Positions 29,690-44,600 of a stretch of DNA of 64,000 nt are shown here, piece after piece. The translations under genes were made by a program, and so were the position numbers. The notes beneath the pieces were generated by a model. It ran no database searches, was not told the origin of the DNA, and saw only the letters and a list, made by a program, of their open reading frames with translations. The stretch is from Eledone cirrhosa (taxonomy: Eukaryota), in assembly GCA_964016885.1 (NCBI GenBank), contig OZ024742.1, positions 331,638,001-331,702,000 on the forward strand. The letters are read 5' to 3'. Positions within the stretch are counted from its first letter, which is position 1. Each line of letters starts with the position of its first letter.

Positions 29690-32600
29690 AACACTGAATA
29701 TTAAAGGTTGTTTTTGCAGAAGAGAGGATTTAGTGGCAGTTGGGGTGAACACTGAACACTGAATATTGAATATTGAAGGTTATTTTTGCAGAAGAGAGGA
29801 TTTAGGGGCAGTAGGGTTGAACACTGAACACTGAATTTTGAATATTGAAGTTTATTTTTGCAGAAGAGAGGATTTAGTGGCAGTTAGGGTGAACACTGAA
29901 CACTGAATATTGAATATTGAAGGTTATTTTTGCAGAAGAGAGGATTTAGTGGCAGTTAGGGTGAACACTGAACACTGAATATTGAATATTGAAAGTTATT
30001 TTTGCAGAAGAGAGGATTTAGTGGCAGTTGGGGTGAACACTGAACACTGAATATTGAATATTGAAGTTTATTTTTGCAGAAGAGAGGATTTAGTGACAGT
30101 TGGGGCAAAGACTGAACACTGAATATTGAATATTGAAGGTTATTTTTACAGAAGAGAGGATTTAGTGGCAGTTGGGGTGAACACTGAACACTGAATATTG
30201 AATATTGAAGGTTATTTTTGCAGAAGAGAGGATTTAGTGGCAGTTGGGGTGAACACTGAACACTGAACACTGAATATTGAAGGTTATTTCTGGCAGAAGA
30301 GAGGATTTAGTGGCAGTTAGGGTGAACACTGAACACTGAATATTGAATATTGAAGGTTATTTTTGGCAGAAGAGAGGATTTAGTGGCAGTTGGGGTTAAC
30401 ACTGAACACTGAATATTGAAGGTTATTTTTGCAGAAGAGAGGATTTAGTGGCAGTTGGGGTGGACACTGAACACTGATCACTGAATATTGAAGGTTATTT
30501 TTGGCAGACGAGAGGATTTAGTGGCAGTTGGGGTGAACACTGAACACTGAATATTGAATATTGAAGGTTATTTTTGGCAGAAGAGAGGATTTAGTGGCAG
30601 TTGGGGTGAACACTGAACACTGAATATTGAATATTGAAGGTTATCTTTGCAGAAGAGAGGATTTAGTGGCAGTTGGGGTGAACACTGAACACTGAATATT
30701 GAATATTGAAGATTATTTTTGCATAAGAGAGGATTTAGTGGCAGTTGGGTGAACACTGAACGCTGAACACTGAATATTGAAGGTTCTTTTTGCAGAAGAG
30801 AGGATTTAGTGACAGTTGGGGTGAACACTGAACACTGAATATTGAAGGTTATTTTTGGCAGAAGAGAGGATTTAGTGGCAGTTGGGGTGAACACTGAACA
30901 CTGAATATTGAATATTGAAGGTTATTTTTGGCAGAAGAGAGGATTTAGTGGCAGTTGGGGTGAACACTGAACGCTGATTATTGAAGGTTATTTTTGGCAG
31001 AAGAGAGGATTTAGTGGCAGTTTGGGTGAACATTGAACACTGAATATTGAATATTGAAGGTTATTTTTGGCTGAAGAGAGGATTTAGTGGCAGTTGGGGT
31101 GAACACTGAACACTGAATATTGAAGGTTATTTTTGGCAGAAGATAGGATTTAGTGGCAGTTGGGGTGAACACTGAACACTGAACACTGAATATTGAAGGT
31201 TATTTTTGGCAGAAGAGAGGATTTAGTGGCAGTTGGGGTGAACACTGAACACTGAATATTGAAGGTTATTTTTGCAGAAGAGAGGATTTAGTGGCAGTTT
31301 GGGTGAACACTGAACACTGAACACTGAATATTGAAGGTTCTTTTTGCAGAAGAGAGGGTTTAGTGGCAGTTGGGGTGAACACTGAACACTGAATATTGAA
31401 GGTTATTTTTGGCAGAAGAGAGGATTTAGTGGCAGTTTGGGTGAACACTGAACACTGAATATTGAATATTGAAGGTTATTTTTGGCAGAAGAGAGGATTT
31501 AGTGGCAGTTGGGGTGAACACTGAATACTGAATATTGAAGGTTATTTTTGGCAGAAGATAGGATTTAGTGGCAGTTGGGGTGAACATTGAACACTGAATA
31601 TTGAATATTGAAGGTTATTTTTGTCAGAAGAGAGGATTTAGTGGCAGTTGGGTTGAACACTGTACACTGAATATTGAAGGTTATTTTTGCAGAAGAGAGG
31701 ATTTAGTGGCAGTTGGGGTGAACACTAAACACTGAATGTTGAATATTGAAGGTTATTTTTGGCAGAAGAGAGGATTTAGTGGCAGTTGGGCTGAACACTG
31801 AACACTGAATATTGAATATTGAAGGTTATTTTTGGCAGAAGAGAGGATTTAGTGGCAGTTGGGGTGAACACTGAACACTGAATATTGAACATTGAAGGTT
31901 ATTTTTGGCAGAAGAGAGGACTTAGTGGCAGTTGGGGTGAACACTGAACACTGAATATTGAAGGATATTTTTGGCAGAAGAGAGGATTTAGTGGCAGTTG
32001 GGGTCAACACTGAACACTGAACATTGAATATTGTACGTTATTTTTGCAGAAGAGAGGAGTTAGTGGCAGTTGGGGTGAACACTGAACACTGAATATTGAA
32101 TATTGAAGGTTATTTTTGCAGAAGAGAGGATTTAGTGGCAGTTGGGGTGAACAATGAACACTGAACACTGAATATTGAAGGTTATTTTTGCAGAAGAGAG
32201 GATTTAGTGGCAGTTTGGGTGAACACTGAACACTGAATATTGAATATTGAAGGTTATTTTTGCAGAAGAGAGGATTTAGTGGCAGTTGGGGTGAACACTG
32301 AACACTGAATAATAAAGGTTGTTTTTGCAGAAGAGAGGATTTAGTGGCAGTTGGGGTGAACACTGAACACTGAATATTGAATATTGAAGGTTATTTTTGC
32401 AGAAGAGAGGATTTAGGGGCAGTAGGGTTGAACACTGAACACTGAATTTTGAATATTGAAGTTTATTTTTGCAGAAGAGAGGATTTAGTGGCAGTTAGGG
32501 TGAACACTGAACACTGAATATTGAATATTGAAGGTTATTTTTGCAGAAGAGAGGATTTAGTGGCAGTTAGGGTGAACACTGAACACTGAATATTGAATAT

Positions 32601-33900
32601 TGAAAGTTATTTTTGCAGAAGAGAGGATTTAGTGGCAGTTGGGGTGAACACTGAACACTGAATATTGAATATTGAAGTTTATTTTTGCAGAAGAGAGGAT
32701 TTAGTGACAGTTGGGGCAAAGACTGAACACTGAATATTGAATATTGAAGGTTATTTTTACAGAAGAGAGGATTTAGTGGCAGTTGGGGTGAACACTGAAC
32801 ACTGAATATTGAATATTGAAGGTTATTTTTGCAGAAGAGAGGATTTAGTGGCAGTTGGGGTGAACACTGAACACTGAACACTGAATATTGAAGGTTATTT
32901 CTGGCAGAAGAGAGGATTTAGTGGCAGTTAGGGTGAACACTGAACACTGAATATTGAATATTGAAGGTTATTTTTGGCAGAAGAGAGGATTTAGTGGCAG
33001 TTGGGGTTAACACTGAACACTGAATATTGAAGGTTATTTTTGCAGAAGAGAGGATTTAGTGGCAGTTGGGGTGGACACTGAACACTGATCACTGAATATT
33101 GAAGGTTATTTTTGGCAGACGAGAGGATTTAGTGGCAGTTGGGGTGAACACTGAACACTGAATATTGAATATTGAAGGTTATTTTTGGCAGAAGAGAGGA
33201 TTTAGTGGCAGTTGGGGTGAACACTGAACACTGAATATTGAATATTGAAGGTTATCTTTGCAGAAGAGAGGATTTAGTGGCAGTTGGGGTGAACACTGAA
33301 CACTGAATATTGAATATTGAAGATTATTTTTGCATAAGAGAGGATTTAGTGGCAGTTGGGTGAACACTGAACGCTGAACACTGAATATTGAAGGTTCTTT
33401 TTGCAGAAGAGAGGATTTAGTGACAGTTGGGGTGAACACTGAACACTGAATATTGAAGGTTATTTTTGGCAGAAGAGAGGATTTAGTGGCAGTTGGGGTG
33501 AACACTGAACACTGAATATTGAATATTGAAGGTTATTTTTGGCAGAAGAGAGGATTTAGTGGCAGTTGGGGTGAACACTGAACGCTGATTATTGAAGGTT
33601 ATTTTTGGCAGAAGAGAGGATTTAGTGGCAGTTTGGGTGAACATTGAACACTGAATATTGAATATTGAAGGTTATTTTTGGCTGAAGAGAGGATTTAGTG
33701 GCAGTTGGGGTGAACACTGAACACTGAATATTGAAGGTTATTTTTGGCAGAAGATAGGATTTAGTGGCAGTTGGGGTGAACACTGAACACTGAACACTGA
33801 ATATTGAAGGTTATTTTTGGCAGAAGAGAGGATTTAGTGGCAGTTGGGGTGAACACTGAACACTGAATATTGAAGGTTATTTTTGCAGAAGAGAGGATTT
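29690..33900 (+). repeat. Segmental duplication, offset 2611 bp
   Basis: Private GGGGCAAAG (C at 30106/32717) and GGACACT (30462/33073). ORF pairs 29956/32567 and 30568/33179. Confidence 0.9.
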
Positions 33901-36430
33901 AGTGGCAGTTGGGGTGAACACTGAACACTGAACACTGAATATTGAAGGTTATTTTTGCAGAAGAGAGGGTTTAGTGGCAGTTGGGGTGAACACTGAACAC
34001 TGAATATTGAATATTGAAGGTTATTTTTGGCAGAAGAGAGGATTTAGTGGCAGTTTGGGTGAACACTGAACACTGAATATTGAAGGTTATTTTTGGCAGA
34101 AGAGAGGATTTAGTGGCAGTTTGGGTGAACACTGAACACTGAATATTGAATATTGAAGGTTATTTTTGGCAGAAGAGAGGATTTAGTGGCAGTTGGGGTG
34201 AACTCTGAATACTGAATATTGAAGGTTATTTTTGGCAGAAGATAGGATTTAGTGGCAGTTGGGGTGAACATTGAACACTGAATATTGAATATTGAAGGTT
34301 ATTTTTGTCAGAAGAGAGGATTTAGTGGCAGTTGGGTTGAACACTGTACACTGAATATTGAAGGTTATTTTTGCAGAAGAGAGGATTTAGTGGCAGTTGG
34401 GGTGAACACTAAACACTGAATGTTGAATATTGAAGGTTATTTTTGGCAGAAGAGAGGATTTAGTGGCAGTTGGGCTGAACACTGAACACTGAATATTGAA
34501 TATTGAAGGTTATTTTTGGCAGAAGAGAGGATTTAGTGGCAGTTGGGGTGAACACTGAACACTGAATATTGAACATTGAAGGTTATTTTTGGCAGAAGAG
34601 AGGACTTAGTGGCAGTTGGGGTGAACACTGAACACTGAATATTGAAGGATATTTTTGGCAGAAGAGAGGATTTAGTGGCAGTTGGGGTCAACACTGAACA
34701 CTGAACATTGAATATTGTACGTTATTTTTGCAGAAGAGAGGAGTTAGTGGCAGTTGGGTGAACACTGAACACTGAACACTGAATATTGAAGGTTCTTTTT
34801 GTAGAAGAGAGGATTTTGTGGCAGTTGGGGTGAACACTGAACACTGAATATTGAAGGTTATTTTTGGCAGAAGAGAGGATTTAGTGGCAGTTGGGTGAAC
34901 ACTGAACGCTGAACACTGAATATTGAAGGTTCTTTTTGCAGAAGAGAGGATTTCGTGACAGTTGGGGTGAACACTGAACACTGAATATTGAAGGTTATTT
35001 TTGGCAGAAGAGAGGATTTAGTGGCAGTTGGGGTGAACACTGAACACTGAATATTGAATATTGAAGGTTATTTTTGGCAGAAGAGAGGATTTAGTGGCAG
35101 TTGGGGTGAACACTGAACGCTGATTATTGAAGGTTATTTTTGGCAGAAGAGAGGATTTAGTGGCAGTTTGGGTGAACATTGAACACTGAATATTGAATAT
35201 TGAAGGTTATTTTTGGCTGAAGAGAGGATTTAGTGGCAGTTGGGGTGAACACTGAACACTGAATATTGAAGGTTATTTTTGGCAGAAGATAGGATTTAGT
35301 GGCAGTTGGGGTGAACACTGAACACTGAACACTGAATATTGAAGGTTATTTTTGGCAGAAGAGAGGATTTAGTGGCAGTTGGGGTGAACACTGAACACTG
35401 AATATTGAAGGTTATTTTTGCAGAAGAGAGGATTTAGTGGCAGTTGGGGTGAACACTGAACACTGAACACTGAATATTGAAGGTTATTTTTGCAGAAGAG
35501 AGGGTTTAGTGGCAGTTGGGGTGAACACTGAACACTGAATATTGAATATTGAAGGTTATTTTTGGCAGAAGAGAGGATTTAGTGGCAGTTTGGGTGAACA
35601 CTGAACACTGAATATTGAAGGTTATTTTTGGCAGAAGAGAGGATTTAGTGGCAATTTGGGTGAACACTGAACACTGAATATTGAATATTGAAGGTTATTT
35701 TTGGCAGAAGAGAGGATTTAGTGGCAGTTGGGGTGAACACTGAATACTGAATATTGAAGGTTATTTTTGGCAGAAGATAGGATTTAGTGGCAGTTGGGGT
35801 GAACATTGAACACTGAATATTGAATATTGAAGGTTATTTTTGTCAGAAGAGAGGATTTAGTGGCAGTTGGGTTGAACACTGTACACTGAATATTGAAGGT
35901 TATTTTTGCAGAAGAGAGGATTTAGTGGCAGTTGGGGTGAACACTAAACACTGAATGTTGAATATTGAAGGTTATTTTTGGCAGAAGAGAGGATTTAGTG
36001 GCAGTTGGGCTGAACACTGAACACTGAATATTGAATATTGAAGGTTATTTTTGGCAGAAGAGAGGATTTAGTGGCAGTTGGGGTGAACACTGAACACTGA
36101 ATATTGAACATTGAAGGTTATTTTTGGCAGAAGAGAGGACTTAGTGGCAGTTGGGGTGAACACTGAACACTGAATATTGAAGGATATTTTTGGCAGAAGA
36201 GAGGATTTAGTGGCAGTTGGGGTGAACACTGAACACTGAATATTGAATATTGTACGTTATTTTTGCAGAAGAGAGGAGTTAGTGGCAGTTGGGTGAACAC
36301 TGAACACTGAACACTGAATATTGAAGGTTCTTTTTGTAGAAGAGAGGATTTTGTGGCAGTTGGGGTGAACACTGAACACTGAATATTGAAGGTTATTTTT
36401 GGCAGAAGAGAGGATTTAGTGGCAGTTGGG
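33340..36430 (+). repeat. Tandem duplication, period 1535 bp (~22 monomers)
   Basis: TGTACA at 34345/35880 and ORF ends at 33505/35040. The variants GGCTGAAG, TTGTCAG, GGGCTG, GGACTT, GGATATT and TGTACG occur in the same order in both copies. Confidence 0.88.
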
Positions 36431-37979
36431 GTGAACACTGAACACTGAATATTGAATATTGAAGGTTATTTTTGGCAGAAGAGAGGATTTAGTGGCAGTT
36501 GGGGTGAACACTGAACACTGAATATTGAAGGTTATTTTTGGCAGAAGAGAGGATTTAGTGGCAGTTGGGGTCAACACTGAACACTGAATATTGAATATTG
36601 TAGGTTATTTTTGCAGAAGAGAGGATTTAGTGGCAGTAGGGGTGAACGCTGAACACTGAATTTTGAATATTGAAGGTTATTTTTGCAGAAGAGAGGATTT
36701 AGTGGCAGTTGGGGTGAACACTGAACACTGAATATTGAATATTGAAGGTTATTTTTGCAGAAGAGAGGATTTAGTGGCAGTTGGGGTGAACACTGAACAC
36801 TGAATATTGAATATTGAAGGTTATTTTTGCATAAGAGAGGATTTAGTGGCAGATGGGGTGAACACTGAACACTGAACACTGAATATTGAAGGTTATTTTT
36901 GGCAGAAGAGAGGATTTAGTGGCAGTTGGGTTGAACACTGAACACTGAATATTGAAGGATATTTTTGGCAGAAGAGATGATTTAGTGGCAGTTGGGGTCA
37001 GCACTGAACACTGAACATTGAATATTGTAGGTTATTTTTGCAGAAGAGAGGATATAGTGGCAGTTGGGGTGAACACTGAACACTGAATATTGAATATTGA
37101 AGGTTATTTTTGGCAGAAGAGAGGATTTAGTGGCAGTTGGGGTGAACACTGAACACTGAATATTGAATGTTATTTTTGGCAGAAGAGATGATTTAGTTGC
37201 AGTTGGGATGAACACTGAACACTGAATATTGAAGGTTATTTTTGCAGAAGAGAGGATTTAGTGGCAGTTGGGGTGAACACTGAACACTGAATATTGAATA
37301 TTGAAGGTTATTTTTTGCAGAAGAGAGGATTTAGTGGCAGTTGGGGTGAACACTGAACACTGAATATTGAAGGTTGTTTTTGCAGAAGAGAGGATTTAGG
37401 GGCAGTAGGGGTGAACACTGAACACTGAATTTTGAATATTGAAGTTTATTTTTGCAGAAGAGAGGATTTAGTGGCAGTTAGGGTGAACACTGAACACTGA
37501 ATATTGAATATTGAAGGTTATTTTTGCAGAAGAGAGGATTTAGTGGCAGTTGGGGTGAACACTGAACACTGAATATTGAATATTGAAAGTTATTTTTGCA
37601 GAAGAGAGGATTTAGTGGCAGTTGGGGTGAACACTGAACACTGAATATTGAATATTGAAGTTTATTTTTGCAGAAGAGAGGATTTAGTGACAGTTGGGGT
37701 GAACACTGAACACTGAATATTGAATATTGAAGGTTATTTTTGCAGAAGAGAGGATTTAGTGGCAGTTGGGGTGAACACTGAACACTGAATATTGAAGGTT
37801 ATTTTTGCAGAAGAGAGGATTTAGTGGCAGTTGGGGTGAACACTGAACACTGAAAACTGAATATTGAAGGTTATTTTTGTAGAAGAGAGGATTTTGTGGC
37901 AGTTGGGGTTAACACTGAACACTGAATATTGAAGGTTATTTTTGGCAGAAGAGAGGATTTAGTGGCAGTTGGGGTGAAC

Positions 37980-40900
37980 ACTGAACACTGAATATTGAAT
38001 ATTGAAGGTTATTTTTGGCAGAAGAGAGGATTTAGTGGCAGTTAGAGTGAACACTGAACACTGAATATTGAATATTGAAGGTTATTTTTGCAGAAGAGAG
38101 GATTTAGGGGCAGTAGGGTTGAACACTGAACACTGAATTTTGAATATTGAAGGTTATTTTTGCAGAAGAGAGGATTTAGTGGCAGTTAGGGTGAACACTG
38201 AACACTGAATATTGAATATTGAAGGTTATTTTTGCAGAAGAGAGGATTTAGTGGCAGTTGGGGTGAACACTGAACACTGAATATTGAATATTGAAAGTTA
38301 TTTTTGCAGAAGAGAGGATTTAGTGGCAGTTGGGGTGAACACTGAACACTGAATATTGAATATTGAAGTTTATTTTTGCAGAAGAGAGGATTTAGTGACA
38401 GTTGGGGTGAAGACTGAACACTGAATATTGAATATTGAAGGTTATTTTTGCAGAAGAGAGGATTTAGTGGCAGTTGGGGTGAACACTGAACACTGAATAT
38501 TGAATATTGAAGGTTATTTTTGCAGAAGAGAGGATTTAGTGGCAGTTGGGGTGAACAATGAACACTGAACACTGAATATTGAAGGTTATTTTTGCAGAAG
38601 AGAGGATTTAGTGGCAGTTGGGGTGAACACTGAACACTGAATATTGAATATTGAAGGTTATTTTTGCAGAAGAGAGGATTTAGGGGCAGTAGGGTTGAAC
38701 ACTGAACACTGAATTTTGAATATTGAAGTTTATTTTTGCAGAAGAGAGGATTTAGTGGCAGTTAGGGTGAACACTGAACACTGAATATTGAATATTGAAG
38801 GTTATTTTTGCAGAAGAGAGGATTTAGTGGCAGTTAGGGTGAACACTGAACACTGAATATTGAATATTGAAAGTTATTTTTGCAGAAGAGAGGATTTAGT
38901 GGCAGTTGGGGTGAACACTGAACACTGAATATTGAATATTGAAGTTTATTTTTGCAGAAGAGAGGATTTAGTGACAGTTGGGGTGAAGACTGAACACTGA
39001 ATATTGAATATTGAAGGTTATTTTTACAGAAGAGAGGATTTAGTGGCAGTTGGGGTGAACACTGAACACTGAATATTGAATATTGAAGGTTATTTTTGCA
39101 GAAGAGAGGATTTAGTGGCAGTTGGGGTGAACACTGAACACTGAACACTGAATATTGAAGGTTATTTCTGGCAGAAGAGAGGATTTAGTGGCAGTTAGGG
39201 TGAACACTGAACACTGAATATTGAATATTGAAGGTTATTTTTGGCAGAAGAGAGGATTTAGTGGCAGTTGGGGTTAACACTGAACACTGAATATTGAAGG
39301 TTATTTTTGCAGAAGAGAGGATTTAGTGGCAGTTGGGGTGAACACTGAACACTGATCACTGAATATTGAAGGTTATTTTTGGCAGACGAGAGGATTTAGT
39401 GGCAGTTGGGGTGAACACTGAACACTGAATATTGAATATTGAAGGTTATTTTTGGCAGAAGAGAGGATTTAGTGGCAGTTGGGGTGAACACTGAACACTG
39501 AATATTGAATATTGAAGGTTATCTTTGCAGAAGAGAGGATTTAGTGGCAGTTGGGGTGAACACTGAACACTGAATATTGAATATTGAAGATTATTTTTGC
39601 ATAAGAGAGGATTTAGTGGCAGTTGGGTGAACACTGAACGCTGAACACTGAATATTGAAGGTTCTTTTTGCAGAAGAGAGGATTTAGTGACAGTTGGGGT
39701 GAACACTGAACACTGAATATTGAAGGTTATTTTTGGCAGAAGAGAGGATTTAGTGGCAGTTGGGGTGAACACTGAACGCTGATTATTGAAGGTTATTTTT
39801 GGCAGAAGAGAGGATTTAGTGGCAGTTAGAGTGAACACTGAACACTGAATATTGAATATTGAAGGTTATTTTTGGCAGAAGAGAGGATTTAGTGGCAGTT
39901 AGAGTGAACACTGAACACTGAATATTGAATATTGAAGGTTATTTTTGCAGAAGAGAGGATTTAGGGGCAGTAGGGTTGAACACTGAACACTGAATTTTGA
40001 ATATTGAAGGTTATTTTTGCAGAAGAGAGGATTTAGTGGCAGTTAGGGTGAACACTGAACACTGAATATTGAATATTGAAGGTTATTTTTGCAGAAGAGA
40101 GGATTTAGTGGCAGTTGGGGTTAACACTGAACACTGAATATTGAATATTGAAAGTTATTTTTGCAGAAGAGAGGATTTAGTGGCAGTTGGGGTGAACACT
40201 GAACACTGAATATTGAATATTGAAGTTTATTTTTGCAGAAGAGAGGATTTAGTGACAGTTGGGGTGAAGACTGAACACTGAATATTGAATATTGAAGGTT
40301 ATTTTTGCAGAAGAGAGGATTTAGTGGCAGTTGGGGTGAACACTGAACACTGAATATTGAATATTGAAGGTTATTTTTGCAGAAGAGAGGATTTAGTGGC
40401 AGTTGGGGTGAACAATGAACACTGAACACTGAATATTGAAGGTTATTTTTGCAGAAGAGAGGATTTAGTGGCAGTTGGGGTGAACACTGAACACTGAATA
40501 TTGAATATTGAAGGTTATTTTTGCAGAAGAGAGGATTTAGGGGCAGTAGGGTTGAACACTGAACACTGAATTTTGAATATTGAAGTTTATTTTTGCAGAA
40601 GAGAGGATTTAGTGGCAGTTAGGGTGAACACTGAACACTGAATATTGAATATTGAAGGTTATTTTTGCAGAAGAGAGGATTTAGTGGCAGTTAGGGTGAA
40701 CACTGAACACTGAATATTGAATATTGAAAGTTATTTTTGCAGAAGAGAGGATTTAGTGGCAGTTGGGGTGAACACTGAACACTGAATATTGAATATTGAA
40801 GTTTATTTTTGCAGAAGAGAGGATTTAGTGACAGTTGGGGTGAAGACTGAACACTGAATATTGAATATTGAAGGTTATTTTTACAGAAGAGAGGATTTAG

Positions 40901-41620
40901 TGGCAGTTGGGGTGAACACTGAACACTGAATATTGAATATTGAAGGTTATTTTTGCAGAAGAGAGGATTTAGTGGCAGTTGGGGTGAACACTGAACACTG
41001 AACACTGAATATTGAAGGTTATTTCTGGCAGAAGAGAGGATTTAGTGGCAGTTAGGGTGAACACTGAACACTGAATATTGAATATTGAAGGTTATTTTTG
41101 GCAGAAGAGAGGATTTAGTGGCAGTTGGGGTTAACACTGAACACTGAATATTGAAGGTTATTTTTGCAGAAGAGAGGATTTAGTGGCAGTTGGGGTGAAC
41201 ACTGAACACTGATCACTGAATATTGAAGGTTATTTTTGGCAGACGAGAGGATTTAGTGGCAGTTGGGGTGAACACTGAACACTGAATATTGAATATTGAA
41301 GGTTATTTTTGGCAGAAGAGAGGATTTAGTGGCAGTTGGGGTGAACACTGAACACTGAATATTGAATATTGAAGGTTATCTTTGCAGAAGAGAGGATTTA
41401 GTGGCAGTTGGGGTGAACACTGAACACTGAATATTGAATATTGAAGATTATTTTTGCATAAGAGAGGATTTAGTGGCAGTTGGGTGAACACTGAACGCTG
41501 AACACTGAATATTGAAGGTTCTTTTTGCAGAAGAGAGGATTTAGTGACAGTTGGGGTGAACACTGAACACTGAATATTGAAGGTTATTTTTGGCAGAAGA
41601 GAGGATTTAGTGGCAGTTGG
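37980..41620 (+). repeat. Tandem duplication, period 1857 bp
   Basis: ORF pairs 38834/40691 and 39446/41303, ORF ends 38572/40429, and a shared TTTTTACAG variant. Confidence 0.88.
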
Positions 41621-44600
41621 GGTGAACACTGAACACTGAATATTGAATATTGAAGGTTATTTTTGCATAAGAGAGGATTTAGTGGCAGTTGGGTGAACAC
41701 TGAACGCTGAACACTGAATATTGAAGGTTCTTTTTGCAGAAGAGAGGATTTAGTGACAGTTGGGGTGAACACTGAACACTGAATATTGAAGGTTATTTTT
41801 GGCAGAAGAGAGGATTTAGTGGCAGTTGGGGTGAACACTGAACGCTGATTATTGAAGGTTATTTTTGGCAGAAGAGAGGATTTAGTGGCAGTTAGAGTGA
41901 ACACTGAACACTGAATATTGAATATTGAAGGTTATTTTTGCAGAAGAGAGGATTTAGGGGCAGTAGGGTTGAACACTGAACACTGAATTTTGAATATTGA
42001 AGGTTATTTTTGCAGAAGAGAGGATTTAGTGGCAGTTAGGGTGAACACTGAACACTGAATATTGAATATTGAAGGTTATTTTTGCAGAAGAGAGGATTTA
42101 GTGGCAGTTGGGGTGAACACTGAACACTGAATATTGAATATTGAAAGTTATTTTTGCAGAAGAGAGGATTTAGTGGCAGTTGGGGTGAACACTGAACACT
42201 GAATATTGAATATTGAAGTTTATTTTTGCAGAAGAGAGGATTTAGTGACAGTTGGGGTGAAGACTGAACACTGAATATTGAATATTGAAGGTTATTTTTG
42301 CAGAAGAGAGGATTTAGTGGCAGTTGGGGTGAACACTGAACACTGAATATTGAATATTGAAGGTTATTTTTGCAGAAGAGAGGATTTAGTGGCAGTTGGG
42401 GTGAACAATGAACACTGAACACTGAATATTGAAGGTTATTTTTGCAGAAGAGAGGATTTAGTGGCAGTTGGGGTGAACACTGAACACTGAATATTGAATA
42501 TTGAAGGTTATTTTTGCAGAAGAGAGGATTTAGGGGCAGTAGGGTTGAACACTGATAACTGAATTTTGAATATTGAAGTTTATTTTTGCAGAAGAGAGGA
42601 TTTAGTGGCAGTTAGGGTGAACACTGAACACTGAATATTGAATATTGAAGGTTATTTTTGCAGAAGAGAGGATTTAGTGGCAGTTGGGGTGAACACTGAA
42701 CACTGAATATTGAATATTGAAGGTTATTTTTGCAGAAGAGAGGATTTAGTGGCAGTTGGGGTGAACACTGAACACTGAACACTGAATATTGAAGGTTATT
42801 TCTGGCAGAAGAGAGGATTTAGTGGCAGTTTGGGTGAACACTGAACACTGAATATTGAATATTGAAGGTTATTTTTGGCAGAAGAGAGGATTTAGTGGCA
42901 GTTGGGGTTAACACTGAACACTGAATATTGAAGGTTATTTTTGCAGAAGAGAGGATTTAGTGGCAGTTGGGGTGAACACTGAACACTGATCACTGAATAT
43001 TGAAGGTTATTTTTGGCAGACGAGAGGATTTAGTGGCAGTTGGGGTGAACACTGAACACTGAATATTGAATATTGAAGGTTATTTTTGGCAGAAGAGAGG
43101 ATTTAGTGGCAGTTGGGGTGAACACTGAACACTGAATATTGAATATTGAAGGTTATCTTTGCAGAAGAGAGGATTTAGTGGCAGTTGGGGTGAACACTGA
43201 ACACTGAATATTGAATATTGAAGATTATTTTTGCATAAGAGAGGATTTAGTGGCAGTTGGGTGAACACTGAACGCTGAACACTGAATATTGAAGGTTCTT
43301 TTTGCAGAAGAGAGGATTTAGTGACAGTTGGGGTGAACACTGAACACTGAATATTGAAGGTTATTTTTGGCAGAAGAGAGGATTTAGTGGCAGTTGGGGT
43401 GAACACTGAACACTGAATATTGAATATTGAAGGTTATTTTTGGCAGAAGAGAGGATTTAGTGGCAGTTGGGGTGAACACTGAACGCTGATTATTGAAGGT
43501 TATTTTTGGCAGAAGAGAGGATTTAGTGGCAGTTTGGGTGACCATTGAACACTGAATATTGAATATTGAAGGTTATTTTTGGCTGAAGAGAGGATTTAGT
43601 GGCAGTTGGGGTGAACACTGAACACTGAATATTGAAGGTTATTTTTGGCAGAAGATAGGATTTAGTGGCAGTTGGGGTGAACACTGAACGCTGATTATTG
43701 AAGGTTATTTTTGGCAGAAGAGAGGATTTAGTGGCAGTTTGGGTGACCATTGAACACTGAATATTGAATATTGAAGTTTATTTTTGCAGAAGAGAGGATT
43801 TAGTGACAGTTGGGGTGAAGACTGAACACTGAATATTGAATATTGAAGGTTATTTTTACAGAAGAGAGGATTTAGTGGCAGTTGGGGTGAACACTGAACA
43901 CTGAATATTGAATATTGAAGGTTATTTTTGCAGAAGAGAGGATTTAGTGGCAGTTGGGGTGAACACTGAACACTGAACACTGAATATTGAAGGTTATTTC
44001 TGGCAGAAGAGAGGATTTAGTGGCAGTTAGGGTGAACACTGAACACTGAATATTGAATATTGAAGGTTATTTTTGGCAGAAGAGAGGATTTAGTGGCAGT
44101 TGGGGTTAACACTGAACACTGAATATTGAAGGTTATTTTTGCAGAAGAGAGGATTTAGTGGCAGTTGGGGTGAACACTGAACACTGATCACTGAATATTG
44201 AAGGTTATTTTTGGCAGACGAGAGGATTTAGTGGCAGTTGGGGTGAACACTGAACACTGAATATTGAATATTGAAGGTTATTTTTGGCAGAAGAGAGGAT
44301 TTAGTGGCAGTTGGGGTGAACACTGAACACTGAATATTGAATATTGAAGGTTATCTTTGCAGAAGAGAGGATTTAGTGGCAGTTGGGGTGAACACTGAAC
44401 ACTGAATATTGAATATTGAAGATTATTTTTGCATAAGAGAGGATTTAGTGGCAGTTGGGTGAACACTGAACGCTGAACACTGAATATTGAAGGTTCTTTT
44501 TGCAGAAGAGAGGATTTAGTGACAGTTGGGGTGAACACTGAACACTGAATATTGAAGGTTATTTTTGGCAGAAGAGAGGATTTAGTGGCAGTTGGGGTGA

